NCBI GenBank assembly: GCA_964623745.1
Contig: CAZUVC010000009.1
Span: 10,221 to 74,220, forward strand
Reading direction: 5' to 3'
DNA: 64,000 nucleotides
Source of the DNA: an uncultured Thiobacillus sp.
GTDB lineage: Bacteria > Pseudomonadota > Gammaproteobacteria > Burkholderiales > Thiobacillaceae
Every line of letters begins with the position of its first letter. Positions within the stretch are counted from its first letter, which is position 1. Shown piece by piece: positions 11,092 through 21,045 of this stretch. The position numbers and the translations under genes were made by a program. Below the pieces are notes generated by a model. It did not search any database. It worked only from the letters and a program-made list of their open reading frames with translations, and had not been told where the DNA came from.

Positions 11092-11706
11092 TCACGTTTG
11101 CGTGAGGAGGTCGCTGACCATGCGCCGGAACACCCTCACCACGACATCCCGGTCAATGTCGGGATTGCGGATGGCGCGAATACGCAACCCCTCGAACATG
11201 GCCGAAATGGCCTCCACCATACCAGCGAGCGCGGCCGCGTTGTCCTCATGGCCGGCTGCCAGCCGCGTAGCGTGGATGGTTTCGGCGAGGCTGTCCCGAC
11301 ACTGTTTGTCGGCCGCGCGCACGATCCCGGCGATATGCGGATTGCGTGCGGCTTCGGCGACGATTTCAAGTTGTAGTCCAGCCGTGCTCGGGTCGAGATT
11401 GTCCCGTACCCCCTCGACAGCGCGCTCGATCATGGCCGCCTTGACGTCGCTTGCCGCGCGCAGTTCGGCGGTCAGCGTCAGCAGTCGTTCCAGGTCCTGG
11501 GCGACGATGTCGGCAATGATCGCCTCCTTATTCTCGAAGTAGTGATAGATGTGGCCGGTGCTCATGCCGGCCGCTTTCGATATCTGCGCAATGCTGGTGC
11601 CGTGAAAACCGTGTAGGCGGAAACAGTCCGCTGCAGCTGAGCGGATTTGCGTGCGTCGCACATCGGCTCGCGACGCTTCGGTTGGTTGGTAGGGGGAGGC
11701 GGGCAT
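11092..11706 (-). CDS. TetR/AcrR-family regulator
   Basis: GFHGTSIAQISKAAGMSTGHIYHYF HTH. Confidence 0.92.
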   Translation of the reverse strand: MPASPYQPTEASRADVRRTQIRSAAADCFRLHGFHGTSIAQISKAAGMSTGHIYHYFENKEAIIADIVAQDLERLLTLTAELRAASDVKAAMIERAVEGVRDNLDPSTAGLQLEIVAEAARNPHIAGIVRAADKQCRDSLAETIHATRLAAGHEDNAAALAGMVEAISAMFEGLRIRAIRNPDIDRDVVVRVFRRMVSDLLTQT

Positions 11707-11781
11707 GCTTTATCTCCAAAAGAGGGAGGTGCAGAAGTGCGAGAAGGGTAATTCGAATCTTGCGTTTTTTTGAATACTAAT

Positions 11782-11821
11782 ATAGATTGAACGTTCATTC
11801 TAGTTTGAATGTTCAATCTAT
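11782..11821. promoter_or_regulatory. Tandem palindromic operators, probable TetR binding site
   Basis: TAGATTGAACGTTCATTCTA (11783-11802) and TAGTTTGAATGTTCAATCTA (11801-11820) between divergent tetR and acrA. Confidence 0.7.
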
Positions 11822-11886
11822 GCCGTGCAAACCCTTCATCAGGACGCCTGTCAATGCAGGCAGCACACATTCACGAAAGGCTATCC

Positions 11887-13080
11887 ATGCAGACCCCGCG
11901 CATCCTGCAACTCCTACCTTTAGGCTTGGCATTGGCAAGCACCCTGTTGCTCAACGCCTGTAGCGGCGAGCAACAGAATGCTCCCGCTGGCGGCATGCCG
12001 GGCGCGCCTGCAGTTACGGTGATGACGGTGCAGCCTGAGCCAGTACCGATAACCGCCGAACTGCCTGGCCGTACCACACCTTACCTGATGGCTGAATTGC
12101 GGCCGCAGGTGAGCGGCATCGTCAAGGAGCGAATGTTCAAGGAGGGCAGCGATGTCAGGGCTGGCCAGGTGCTATACAGGATCGATCCGGCGATCTATCA
12201 GGCGGCCTATGACAGTACACGCGCGAGTCTGGCGCGGGCAGATGCCAATCTGGAAGTCGCGCGGCAGAAGGCCGTTCGCTACGCTGATCTGGTCAAGATC
12301 GAGGCAGTGAGCGCGCAGACCAACGAAGAAGCACAGGCCGCGCAGAAGCAGGCACAGGCCGATGTCGGCACGGCGAAGGCGGCACTCGACAAGGCGCGCG
12401 TCGATCTCGACTTTACCCGCGTCACCTCACCGATTGCAGGACGCATCGGCCGCTCGACTGTGACGGCGGGGGCGCTGGTCACCGCGAACCAGCAAGCAGC
12501 GCTCGCCACCGTGCAGCAACTCGACCCGATCTATGTTGACGTGACGCAATCCAGCGCCAAGTTGTTGAGCCTGAAACGCGATCTCGAATCCGGCAAGTTG
12601 CAGCGCGCAGCAGGTAATACGGTGCCGGTGCAACTGGTACTGGAAGACGGCAGCCTATACGGCGCCGAAGGCCGGCTGGCGTTCTCGGAAGTGACGGTCG
12701 ATCAGGCCACCGGTAGCGTGACGCTGCGCGCGGTGTTTCCCAATCCGAAGGGTGACCTATTGCCCGGCATGTATGTTCGCGCACGCTTGACGCAGGGCGT
12801 GAATCGCGCTGCCATGCTGGTGCCGCACGCGGCGGTCAGCCGCACGCCGAGCGGCGAAGCGCAGGTGATGATGGTGAACAGCGAGAGCAAGGTCGAGCCG
12901 CGCAGCGTCAAGGCAGAGCAATCAATCGGCGACAAATGGGTCGTAACCGAAGGCCTCGCCGCCGGCGATCGCGTCATTGTTGAAGGCCTGCAAAAGGTGA
13001 AACCGGGTGCGCCGGTGCAGGCACAAGAGGCCGGTTCTGTGCCAGACCCCGCGCCTCCTGCAATTACTGTGGCGAAGTGA
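11887..13080 (+). CDS. acrA: RND periplasmic adaptor (AcrA/MexA-like lipoprotein)
   Basis: Lipobox LLNAC; ELPGRT, SPIAGRIG and QLDPIYVD motifs. Confidence 0.9.
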   Translation: MQTPRILQLLPLGLALASTLLLNACSGEQQNAPAGGMPGAPAVTVMTVQPEPVPITAELPGRTTPYLMAELRPQVSGIVKERMFKEGSDVRAGQVLYRIDPAIYQAAYDSTRASLARADANLEVARQKAVRYADLVKIEAVSAQTNEEAQAAQKQAQADVGTAKAALDKARVDLDFTRVTSPIAGRIGRSTVTAGALVTANQQAALATVQQLDPIYVDVTQSSAKLLSLKRDLESGKLQRAAGNTVPVQLVLEDGSLYGAEGRLAFSEVTVDQATGSVTLRAVFPNPKGDLLPGMYVRARLTQGVNRAAMLVPHAAVSRTPSGEAQVMMVNSESKVEPRSVKAEQSIGDKWVVTEGLAAGDRVIVEGLQKVKPGAPVQAQEAGSVPDPAPPAITVAK

Positions 13081-13091
13081 GGTAACAGACC

Positions 13092-16000
13092 ATGGCCCGC
13101 TTTTTCATCGACCGTCCCATCTTCGCGTGGGTCATCGCCATCGTCATCATGCTCGCGGGTGGACTGTCCATCCTGGCGCTGCCGGTGTCGCAGTATCCGG
13201 CCATCGCGCCGCCCACCATCGCCATCAACGCCACCTATCCCGGCGCCTCGGCGAAGACGGTGGAGGACTCCGTCACGCAGGTCATCGAACAGAAGCTGAC
13301 CGGACTCGACAACTTGCTCTACATGAATTCGTCGTCCGACTCCTACGGCAAAGTCACGGTGACGCTGACCTTCGATGCCGGCACTGACCCCGACATTGCG
13401 CAGGTGCAGACGCAGAACAAGCTGCAGCTCGCGCTGCCACTGCTGCCGCTGGCGGTGCAGCAGCAGGGCGTGCAGGTGGTGAAATCGACGCGCAACTTCC
13501 TGATGGTACTTGGCTTCGTGTCCAAGGATGGCAGCCTGAGCCGGGTCGACCTGTCCGACTTCCTCAACTCGACAGTGCAGGAACCGCTGTCGCGCGTGAC
13601 CGGCGTCGGCGAGGTGCAGGTGTTCGGCGCCCAGTACGCCATGCGCATCTGGATCGACCCGGCGAAACTGAACAGTTTCAGGCTCACCCCAGCCGACGTG
13701 CAGGCCGCAATCCGGGCGCAAAATAACCAGGTGTCGGCCGGCCAACTCGGCGGCACGCCGGCGGTGGCGGGGCAGGGTTTCACTGCATCGATCACCGCGC
13801 AGAGCCGGTTGCAGACCGTCGGGGAGTTCGAGCAGATCCTGTTGCGCAGCTCGGCGCAGGGTGGAGAAGTACGCCTAAAGGATGTCGCCCGCGTCGAAAT
13901 CGGCGCCGAGAACTATGGCATCGTCGGGCGCTTCAACGGCCAGCCCGCCGCAGGTATCGGCATCAAACTCGCCGCCGGGGCCAATGCGCTCGATACGGCG
14001 GATGCGGTACGCGCCAAGGTCGAGCAGATGAAGGCGTATTTCCCCGCTGGGATCGAGGTCGTGGTGCCTTACGACACCACGCCTTTCGTCAAGATATCCA
14101 TCATGGGCGTGGTGGAGACCCTGATCGAGGCGATCATCCTGGTGTTCCTAGTGATGTATCTGTTTCTGCAGAATTTCCGTGCCACCCTCATTCCCACCAT
14201 CGCCGTGCCGGTGGTGCTGCTCGGCACCTTCGGCGTGATGGCTGCGTTCGGCTTCTCGATCAATACGTTGACCATGTTCGGACTTGTGCTGGCCATCGGC
14301 CTCTTGGTGGACGATGCCATCGTGGTGGTTGAAAACGTTGAACGCGTGATGAGTGAGGAAGGACTGTCACCGAAGGAAGCGACCAAGAAATCGATGCGCC
14401 AGATCACCGGCGCACTGGTCGGCATCGGCCTGGTGCTGTCGGCGGTGTTCGTGCCGATGGCCTTCTTCGGCGGTTCCACCGGCGTCATCTATCGCCAGTT
14501 CTCGATCACCATTGTCGCGGCGATGGCGCTGTCGGTACTGGTTGCGATCATTTTCACGCCGGCGCTGTGTGCGACCATGCTGAAGCCTGTGCAAAAGGGC
14601 CACGGCCACGGTGAAGGCGGCTGGCTTTCCGGCTTCTTCAGTTGGTTTAACCGCATGTTCGAGCGCAATACGCAGCGCTATGAATCGGCAGTGGGCAATA
14701 TCCTGCGACGCAGCCTGCGCTTCCTGGTGATCTACGCCGCTATCATCGTCGTACTGGCGCTACTGTTCGTTCGTCTGCCAACTTCTTTTCTCCCGGAAGA
14801 AGACCAGGGCGTGATGTTCACCCAGATCATGCTGCCGGCCGGGGCGACCCAGGAGCGTACCGTCGAGGTGCTGAAAAAAGTCGAGCACCACTTCCTCGAA
14901 AACGAGAAAGACAGCGTGAAATCGATCTTTACCGCGGCCGGTTTCAGCTTCGGCGGTAGCGGCCAGAACATGGGGCTCGGCTTCGTCGGCATGAAGGACT
15001 GGGATGAGCGCCATGAGCCGGGACAGGACGTGAAATCAGTTGCCGGACGCGCGATGGCCGCGTTCTCGCAGATCCGCGAAGCGATGGTGTTTGCCTTCGT
15101 GCCGCCGGCGGTGCTCGAACTCGGCACATCGAGCGGTTTCAATGTGCAACTGCAGGATCGCGCCGGCCTCGGCCACGATGCGCTGATCAGCGCGCGCAAC
15201 CAGTTTCTCGGTCTCGCGTCGCAGGACAAGCGCCTGGTCGGCGTGCGTCCCAACGGCCAGGACGACGTCGCCGAGTACCAGCTCGACATCGATCATGCCA
15301 AGGCGGGCGCGCTCGGCGTCTCGGTGGCAGATATCAACGACACGCTCGCCACCGCTTGGGGCGGCACCTATGTCAACGACTTCATCGATCGCGGCCGCAT
15401 CAAGAAAGTGTATGTGCAGGCCGACGCCGATGCGCGCATGAAGCCGGAAGATCTGTCCAAGTGGTACGTGCGCAACCAGCAGGGCGAGATGGTGCCCTTG
15501 TCGGCGTTCGCCACCGCGCACTGGGCCTACGGCTCGCCGCGGCTGGAGCGCTTCAACGGCCAGTCGTCGGTCGAGCTGCAAGGCCAAGCCGCGCCCGGGC
15601 TGTCGTCGGGCGACGCGATGGCGGCGGTCGAGGAGATCATCGCCAAGCTGCCGCCAGGCATTGGCTACGAATGGAGCGGCACCTCCTACGAGGAGCGCCG
15701 CAGCGGCACCCAGGCGCCGGGGCTGTACGCGCTGTCGCTGCTGGTGGTGTTCCTCTGCCTGGCAGCGTTGTACGAAAGCTGGTCGGTGCCGTTCGCCGTC
15801 ATGCTGGTGGTGCCGCTCGGCGTGCTCGGTGCGGTGGTTGCGGCAACCGGGCGCGGCCTGTCGAATGACGTGTATTTCCAGGTTGGCCTGCTGGCTACCA
15901 TCGGCCTTTCGTCGAAGAACGCGATTCTGATCGTGGAATTCGCCAAGGCGCAGATGGAGCAGGAGGGTAAGGACCTAATCAGTGCCACGCTTAATGCAGT

Positions 16001-16256
16001 GCGTATGCGGCTGCGTCCGATCTTGATGACCTCGCTCGCCTTCGGTCTCGGTGTGCTGCCGCTGGCGATCGCCACCGGCGCCGGCTCGGGCAGTCAGAAC
16101 GCGATCGGCACTGGCGTGCTCGGCGGTACCCTCGCTGGCACCTTGCTCGGCCTTTTCTTCATCCCGCTGTTCTACGTGGTGATCATGCGTCTGTTCAAGA
16201 GCAAACCACAGGCGGCAGAAACAGCCTCTGCAGCAGCCCAACTGGAGTTCAAGTGA
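13092..16256 (+). CDS. acrB: HAE1 RND efflux pump (AcrB/MexB-like)
   Basis: [32 protein letters not shown] and [12 protein letters not shown] motifs. Confidence 0.95.
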   Translation: MARFFIDRPIFAWVIAIVIMLAGGLSILALPVSQYPAIAPPTIAINATYPGASAKTVEDSVTQVIEQKLTGLDNLLYMNSSSDSYGKVTVTLTFDAGTDPDIAQVQTQNKLQLALPLLPLAVQQQGVQVVKSTRNFLMVLGFVSKDGSLSRVDLSDFLNSTVQEPLSRVTGVGEVQVFGAQYAMRIWIDPAKLNSFRLTPADVQAAIRAQNNQVSAGQLGGTPAVAGQGFTASITAQSRLQTVGEFEQILLRSSAQGGEVRLKDVARVEIGAENYGIVGRFNGQPAAGIGIKLAAGANALDTADAVRAKVEQMKAYFPAGIEVVVPYDTTPFVKISIMGVVETLIEAIILVFLVMYLFLQNFRATLIPTIAVPVVLLGTFGVMAAFGFSINTLTMFGLVLAIGLLVDDAIVVVENVERVMSEEGLSPKEATKKSMRQITGALVGIGLVLSAVFVPMAFFGGSTGVIYRQFSITIVAAMALSVLVAIIFTPALCATMLKPVQKGHGHGEGGWLSGFFSWFNRMFERNTQRYESAVGNILRRSLRFLVIYAAIIVVLALLFVRLPTSFLPEEDQGVMFTQIMLPAGATQERTVEVLKKVEHHFLENEKDSVKSIFTAAGFSFGGSGQNMGLGFVGMKDWDERHEPGQDVKSVAGRAMAAFSQIREAMVFAFVPPAVLELGTSSGFNVQLQDRAGLGHDALISARNQFLGLASQDKRLVGVRPNGQDDVAEYQLDIDHAKAGALGVSVADINDTLATAWGGTYVNDFIDRGRIKKVYVQADADARMKPEDLSKWYVRNQQGEMVPLSAFATAHWAYGSPRLERFNGQSSVELQGQAAPGLSSGDAMAAVEEIIAKLPPGIGYEWSGTSYEERRSGTQAPGLYALSLLVVFLCLAALYESWSVPFAVMLVVPLGVLGAVVAATGRGLSNDVYFQVGLLATIGLSSKNAILIVEFAKAQMEQEGKDLISATLNAVRMRLRPILMTSLAFGLGVLPLAIATGAGSGSQNAIGTGVLGGTLAGTLLGLFFIPLFYVVIMRLFKSKPQAAETASAAAQLEFK

Positions 16257-17653
16257 TGAGTCCGTTACGCACCCTGACCGTCGCTATTGCCGCCACCCTG
16301 GCGAGCGCCTGCACGATGATCCCGGAATACCAGCGGCCCGCGGCGCCGGTGCCGGCGAGTTTTCCGAATGCGCCCCAGGTAGCTTCGGCGACACCAGCCG
16401 ATGCCATCGCCTGGCGTGACTATTTTGTCAATGCGCAACTGCGCCAAGTGATCGCGCTGGCGCTCGCCAACAACCGCGACCTGCGCGTAGCTGCACTCAA
16501 CATCGAGCAGGCGCGCGCGCAGTACCGCATCCAGCGTGCTGACTTGTTTCCATCTGTCGGCGCGATCGGCGAACAAACCGCACAGCGCCTGCCTGGCGAA
16601 CTGACCAGCAGCGGTGAGGCTGGGATCAGTCGCCAGTACAACGCCACGATCGGTTTCTCCTCTTACGAGCTGGATTTCTTTGGCCGCATCCGCAGCCTTA
16701 ACGCAGCAGCGCTGGAGCAATATCTCGGCACCGAGGAGGCGCGCCGCAGCGCCCAGATAAGCCTGGTGGCCGAAGTTGCCGGCACCTGGCTGACGCTCGC
16801 GTTTGACAACGAACGCCTGGCGCTGGCTCGCAGCACCTACGAGACACGGCAGAAATCCCACGATCTGATCCGACGCAGCTTCGAAGCAGGTGTGGTCTCG
16901 GCGCTCGACCTGAACCAGTCGCAGCAGTTGCTGCAAAGCGCTCGTGCCGACGTTGCGCGTTACAACAGCTTCGCCGCTCAGGACGAAAATGCGCTCGCAC
17001 TCGTTGTCGGCGCCCCGGTGCCGGCCGACCTGCTGCCAGCCACGCTCACCGACACGGTTAGCGCTGTGGCCGAATTGCCAACTGGTGTGCCTTCCGACGT
17101 GCTCACCCAGCGCCCCGATATTCTGCAGGCCGAACGCGCACTGCGTGCTGCCAATGCCAGCATCGGCGCCGCACGCGCAGCTTTCTTCCCGAGCATTACG
17201 CTGACCGCCGCCGCCGGCACCGCCAGCAGCACCATGGATGGCCTTTTCAGCGGCGGATCTGGAGCCTGGAGCTTCACCCCTCAGATCCGCATTCCTGTTT
17301 TCGAGGCGGGTCGCCTGCAGGCGAGCCTGGACGTAGCCGAGGTGCAGCGCGACATCAACGTGGCGCAGTACGAGAAGGCTATCCAGAGCGCCTTCCGTGA
17401 GGTGGCCGATGCGTTGGCTGACCGTGCCTCGCTCGCCGAGCGGCTTGACGCCCGGCGCCAGCAGGTTGAGGCCACGCAGGCAGCTTTCCACCTGTCGGAT
17501 GCGCGTTATAAGGGCGGGGCGGACAGCTATCTAGGCTTGCTCGACGCCCAGCGCTCGCGCTACCTTGCCGAGCAGGAGCTGATCATCGTACGGCTGGCCG
17601 ACGCCGCCAACCGCGTGACGCTGTACAAAGTGCTCGGCGGTGGTTGGCGATGA
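16253..17653 (+). CDS. oprM: Outer-membrane efflux lipoprotein (OprM/NodT family)
   Basis: Lipobox [19 protein letters not shown] and LYKVLGGGW motifs. Confidence 0.9.
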   Translation: MMSPLRTLTVAIAATLASACTMIPEYQRPAAPVPASFPNAPQVASATPADAIAWRDYFVNAQLRQVIALALANNRDLRVAALNIEQARAQYRIQRADLFPSVGAIGEQTAQRLPGELTSSGEAGISRQYNATIGFSSYELDFFGRIRSLNAAALEQYLGTEEARRSAQISLVAEVAGTWLTLAFDNERLALARSTYETRQKSHDLIRRSFEAGVVSALDLNQSQQLLQSARADVARYNSFAAQDENALALVVGAPVPADLLPATLTDTVSAVAELPTGVPSDVLTQRPDILQAERALRAANASIGAARAAFFPSITLTAAAGTASSTMDGLFSGGSGAWSFTPQIRIPVFEAGRLQASLDVAEVQRDINVAQYEKAIQSAFREVADALADRASLAERLDARRQQVEATQAAFHLSDARYKGGADSYLGLLDAQRSRYLAEQELIIVRLADAANRVTLYKVLGGGWR

Positions 17654-17999
17654 TAAAGGCGGTGCCCGAATAACGCACACGCGCAGCCCTTTGGTTTTGC
17701 TGTGGGCGCGGTGCGATGGTGCAAGCGGTGATCGTCCGTTTAAGGCTGGCGTTCTCCATCAACCCGTCTGCAATGAGTCGAAAATGACGATTCGGCATCT
17801 TCAGAAGCAGACGTTCCTGAATGACCGGTTGTGGAAAGTGGGGACAGGCTGCTTCGGCCGACGACCCGCCTGTCTGAGAGAGCCTCCCTCCGTCGCTTCT
17901 ATGGTCAAAGCGGTCGCACGAAGTGAAGCCACGGAACGCAGGGTGGGGCAACCCCCTGGTTACAGTGTTGGCAGGCAGGGGTTTTTTGCTGCAAGGTCA

Positions 18000-18038
18000 A
18001 TGTTATAAGAAATTATATGTTATATTTTTCTATAACAT
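18000..18038. promoter_or_regulatory. Palindromic operator upstream of the WYL gene
   Basis: ATGTTATA-N6-TATAACAT (18017-18038) plus an extra ATGTTATA half-site at 18000. Confidence 0.6.
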
Positions 18039-18050
18039 ACGGAAAAGCAC

Positions 18051-18911
18051 ATGGACCAACGGAACGACAGCCCGCAACAACGCCTTACCCTTCTGGAGCT
18101 TTTGCTGGTTTGGGAAGGGCGCATTTACCGTTCGCGGGTATGCGAGCTGTTTGGGATTGGTTTGCCACGGGCCAGCCAATGGATCAAGGAAATCCGCGAC
18201 CTGAACCCAACCTGGATGCAATGGGACAGCAAGTCCAGGAGCTACTTCGCTACGTCAGATTTCTACAAGCGGTACACCAAGGCCTCTCAGGCAGACATTT
18301 CCGAATCGCTTTCCCGTTACCTGTCCATGGTCGGGCTTCCCTATGCGTCGGCCATGGAAGATGGCAGTTCGGTGGCCTGGTCGGCGACGCCAAGCATCAC
18401 CGCCCCGGCACCCAAGACATTCGCCAGCCTCGGAAATTCGATCAGACAGGCAAAAGCCGTCGAAATCGAATACATGTCGATGAGCGAACCGGCTCCGCAT
18501 CGCCGCACGATCTATCCGCACAGCCTGGTTCTCGCCGGCCGCAGGTGGCATGTGCGCGCCTACAGCGAGGCCCATCAGGAATTCCGGGATTACGCACTGG
18601 GGCGGATCCTCGAAGTGAAGCCTTTGGCGCGTCTCGCGGATCGCACCCGATTCGATGACCCCGACTGGAACACCAAGGTCAAGGTTCGCCTGGTCGCCCA
18701 CCCTGAACTCTCTCCTGCGCAGGCCAGAGTGATCCAGGCCGAATACTTCAATGGGACCGCGAGCCGCGTGGAAACCTGCCGCGCGGCTCTGGTCCCCTAT
18801 TTCATTCTGGACATACACGCCGCGATGGACACAAAGATCCAGCACGCGCCCGAGTATCTGATCGCCGTTGAAAACGCACGGGAGGTGTCCAAGTGGCTTT
18901 TCAACCGCTAG
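18051..18911 (+). CDS. WYL-domain transcription regulator (CapW/BrxR-like)
   Basis: N-terminal HTH (WEGRIYRSRVCELFGI); WYL motif IEYMSMS..RTIYPHSL..RWHVRAY..FRDYALGRI. Confidence 0.88.
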   Translation: MDQRNDSPQQRLTLLELLLVWEGRIYRSRVCELFGIGLPRASQWIKEIRDLNPTWMQWDSKSRSYFATSDFYKRYTKASQADISESLSRYLSMVGLPYASAMEDGSSVAWSATPSITAPAPKTFASLGNSIRQAKAVEIEYMSMSEPAPHRRTIYPHSLVLAGRRWHVRAYSEAHQEFRDYALGRILEVKPLARLADRTRFDDPDWNTKVKVRLVAHPELSPAQARVIQAEYFNGTASRVETCRAALVPYFILDIHAAMDTKIQHAPEYLIAVENAREVSKWLFNR

Positions 18912-20368
18912 GTGCTGGCGGCGCTGCCGCCTCCCTTCTGTTCACGCGGCTACCGGAGCGGCTGTTTGCGCCGCTCGCCTCGCCCAATAAGCAGACCTAC
19001 TGGGGCATCCTGTGCGCGCTCTACGACAGGCGCTTCGGCCCGGATGCCCCCTTGCCGCCCAGCCACGGATTCACGACGCGAGACATCACCCAGGACATCG
19101 AGGCCGAACTCGTCATCCACGATTCCTGGATAGACGAGGATGGCGCCACGCCCGAAACGCCGCTCAACATCCGCGCCATCACCATCTTCAACCGGCTGCA
19201 TGATTGCGGGTGGCTGCGGCTGGACCGCCATGGCGTCGACAAGCGGGTTTCCATGACCCCCACGGTCAACCAGTTCCTGGGGCAGCTCATCAATTTCGCG
19301 GAGACCGGACCGATCTACGTTGCGGGCAAGATTCGCTCCATCGAAGCCAACCTGAAGCTGGTGATGGAAGGGGCCGGCGGCGACTCGCTTTCCGAGGCGG
19401 CCGACCAGGCGCGACACCTGCTCGAACACATCCGTAATACCGGCACGAACGTCCGCGACCTGATGAGCTCGCTCGGGGCGGAAGAAACCACCGCCCAGTA
19501 CGTTCGCGGGTTCTTCAGCGGCTTCATCGAGCAGGTGTTCATCGGGGACTACAAGGAACTCAGGACACGCGAGCACCCCCTGTCGCGGCGCCCGCAAATC
19601 CTCCACTGGGCCGACGAACTTCATGGTTCCGAGCAGAATCGCGAGCGCCTGATCACCTGGTACGAAACCCGGCGCTTCCAGGGCGACCGCGCCCGCGCCG
19701 AGCGCATGTTCGAGCGCGACGTGCAGAAATTGCGCGACATCCAGCGGATCGACGACTACCTGGAGCGGCTGGATGACGAGATCCGCCGGGCAAACCGCCG
19801 GGCGCTGGCCTATCTGGATTACCGGCTGCGCTCCCTGCGTCCCATCGATGAGGTCGTCGATGCGGCGATCGTCCGGGTCATGGACAGTAAAACGGACGTT
19901 CACGACAGCCCGTTCCCGCCGGGCGACATGGTCAGCCCCGCCAATCTCGCCGAACCACGCCGACAGGAGGCACGGGAGAAGGCCACGCAACTAAGGGAGA
20001 CCATCCCGACCGAAGAAGACATCGCACGGGCAAAACTCCGGGCGCTCGCACGCAATGTTCGGATGGTGAACGCCCCCAAACTCGTCGAGTTCGTGTCGCG
20101 TCAGCTTTCAGGCCGCCCTGTCGTCGCCAGCGAAGAACTCCAGATCAGCAGCGTCGCGGATGTGCGTGCCTATCAGACCTTGCTGGTGCTCGGTGCCGCC
20201 ATGGATAGCGGATCGCCTGATTTGCAGCGGGAGGCCTTAGCCATGATGCGCGGCTTCCGGGTACGTCGCACCGGCGACAAGGAAGCAGAAAACAAGTGGA
20301 TCACTGGCGTTCCATTCCGGATCGAGAGAGCGAAAAAACCGGCAGCTACAAAAGGAGAGGCGACATGA
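18893..20368 (+). CDS. jetA: Wadjet JetA-like subunit
   Basis: GTG start after GGAGGT; LF..LASPNK N-terminus; first gene of a four-gene SMC-Toprim operon. Confidence 0.75.
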   Translation: MAFQPLGAGGAAASLLFTRLPERLFAPLASPNKQTYWGILCALYDRRFGPDAPLPPSHGFTTRDITQDIEAELVIHDSWIDEDGATPETPLNIRAITIFNRLHDCGWLRLDRHGVDKRVSMTPTVNQFLGQLINFAETGPIYVAGKIRSIEANLKLVMEGAGGDSLSEAADQARHLLEHIRNTGTNVRDLMSSLGAEETTAQYVRGFFSGFIEQVFIGDYKELRTREHPLSRRPQILHWADELHGSEQNRERLITWYETRRFQGDRARAERMFERDVQKLRDIQRIDDYLERLDDEIRRANRRALAYLDYRLRSLRPIDEVVDAAIVRVMDSKTDVHDSPFPPGDMVSPANLAEPRRQEAREKATQLRETIPTEEDIARAKLRALARNVRMVNAPKLVEFVSRQLSGRPVVASEELQISSVADVRAYQTLLVLGAAMDSGSPDLQREALAMMRGFRVRRTGDKEAENKWITGVPFRIERAKKPAATKGEAT

Positions 20369-21045
20369 GCCAGTATTGGGAAAACATCGCTGCGAAAACC
20401 GACAGGCAATATGTGGCCGAGGAGTTCGAGTCGACCGCCAGCCGTCTGCTTGCAGAACAGGTTCTGTACTACGCGGACCGGCACAGCCGCATGTCCTACG
20501 GCATGATCGAGCGGTTCGAGCGCGAATTCAAGCACGTCCTCTCCCAGGTCGGCGTCGGCCTGACCGTGAACCGGCAGCTCCGCTATGCGTGCGCGATTCC
20601 GGACAACGGCAGGGCGGGCACGGCCAATACCGCACAAACGCTGCTCGCCCTTGTGCTCCGGAAGATCTACGACGAACAGGCCCGGACCGGGCAGCTGAAC
20701 GATGACGGCGAAGTGATCTGCGATGCGGTCGAGCTGGAGGAAAAGTATCGCCTCTCCACGACGGGCAAGCGCGAGCTGCCTGGACGCGGCGAACTGGACG
20801 GTCTGGTGCGGACGCTTCGGCGCTGGGGCATCGTGCGCAAGGTGGATGAACATGAGTTTCCCGACGCGGTTGCCGGTGACATTCAGCCCTACGTGCTGGC
20901 CATACGTCCCGCGATCGTGGATCTGCTGGGCGAGACCGCGATTACCCGACTGGCCCAATTTACACAGTCCTACGAACCCGCAGGGGAGTCTAACGAGGAC
21001 GGCGACGGTCAAGGTCCGGAGCAGCCAGAGGAAGAAGAAGCATGA
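20365..21045 (+). CDS. jetB: Wadjet JetB-like subunit (DUF4194-like)
   Basis: ATGA overlap with jetA; TLLALVLRKIYDE and IRPAI motifs. Confidence 0.78.
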   Translation: MSQYWENIAAKTDRQYVAEEFESTASRLLAEQVLYYADRHSRMSYGMIERFEREFKHVLSQVGVGLTVNRQLRYACAIPDNGRAGTANTAQTLLALVLRKIYDEQARTGQLNDDGEVICDAVELEEKYRLSTTGKRELPGRGELDGLVRTLRRWGIVRKVDEHEFPDAVAGDIQPYVLAIRPAIVDLLGETAITRLAQFTQSYEPAGESNEDGDGQGPEQPEEEEA

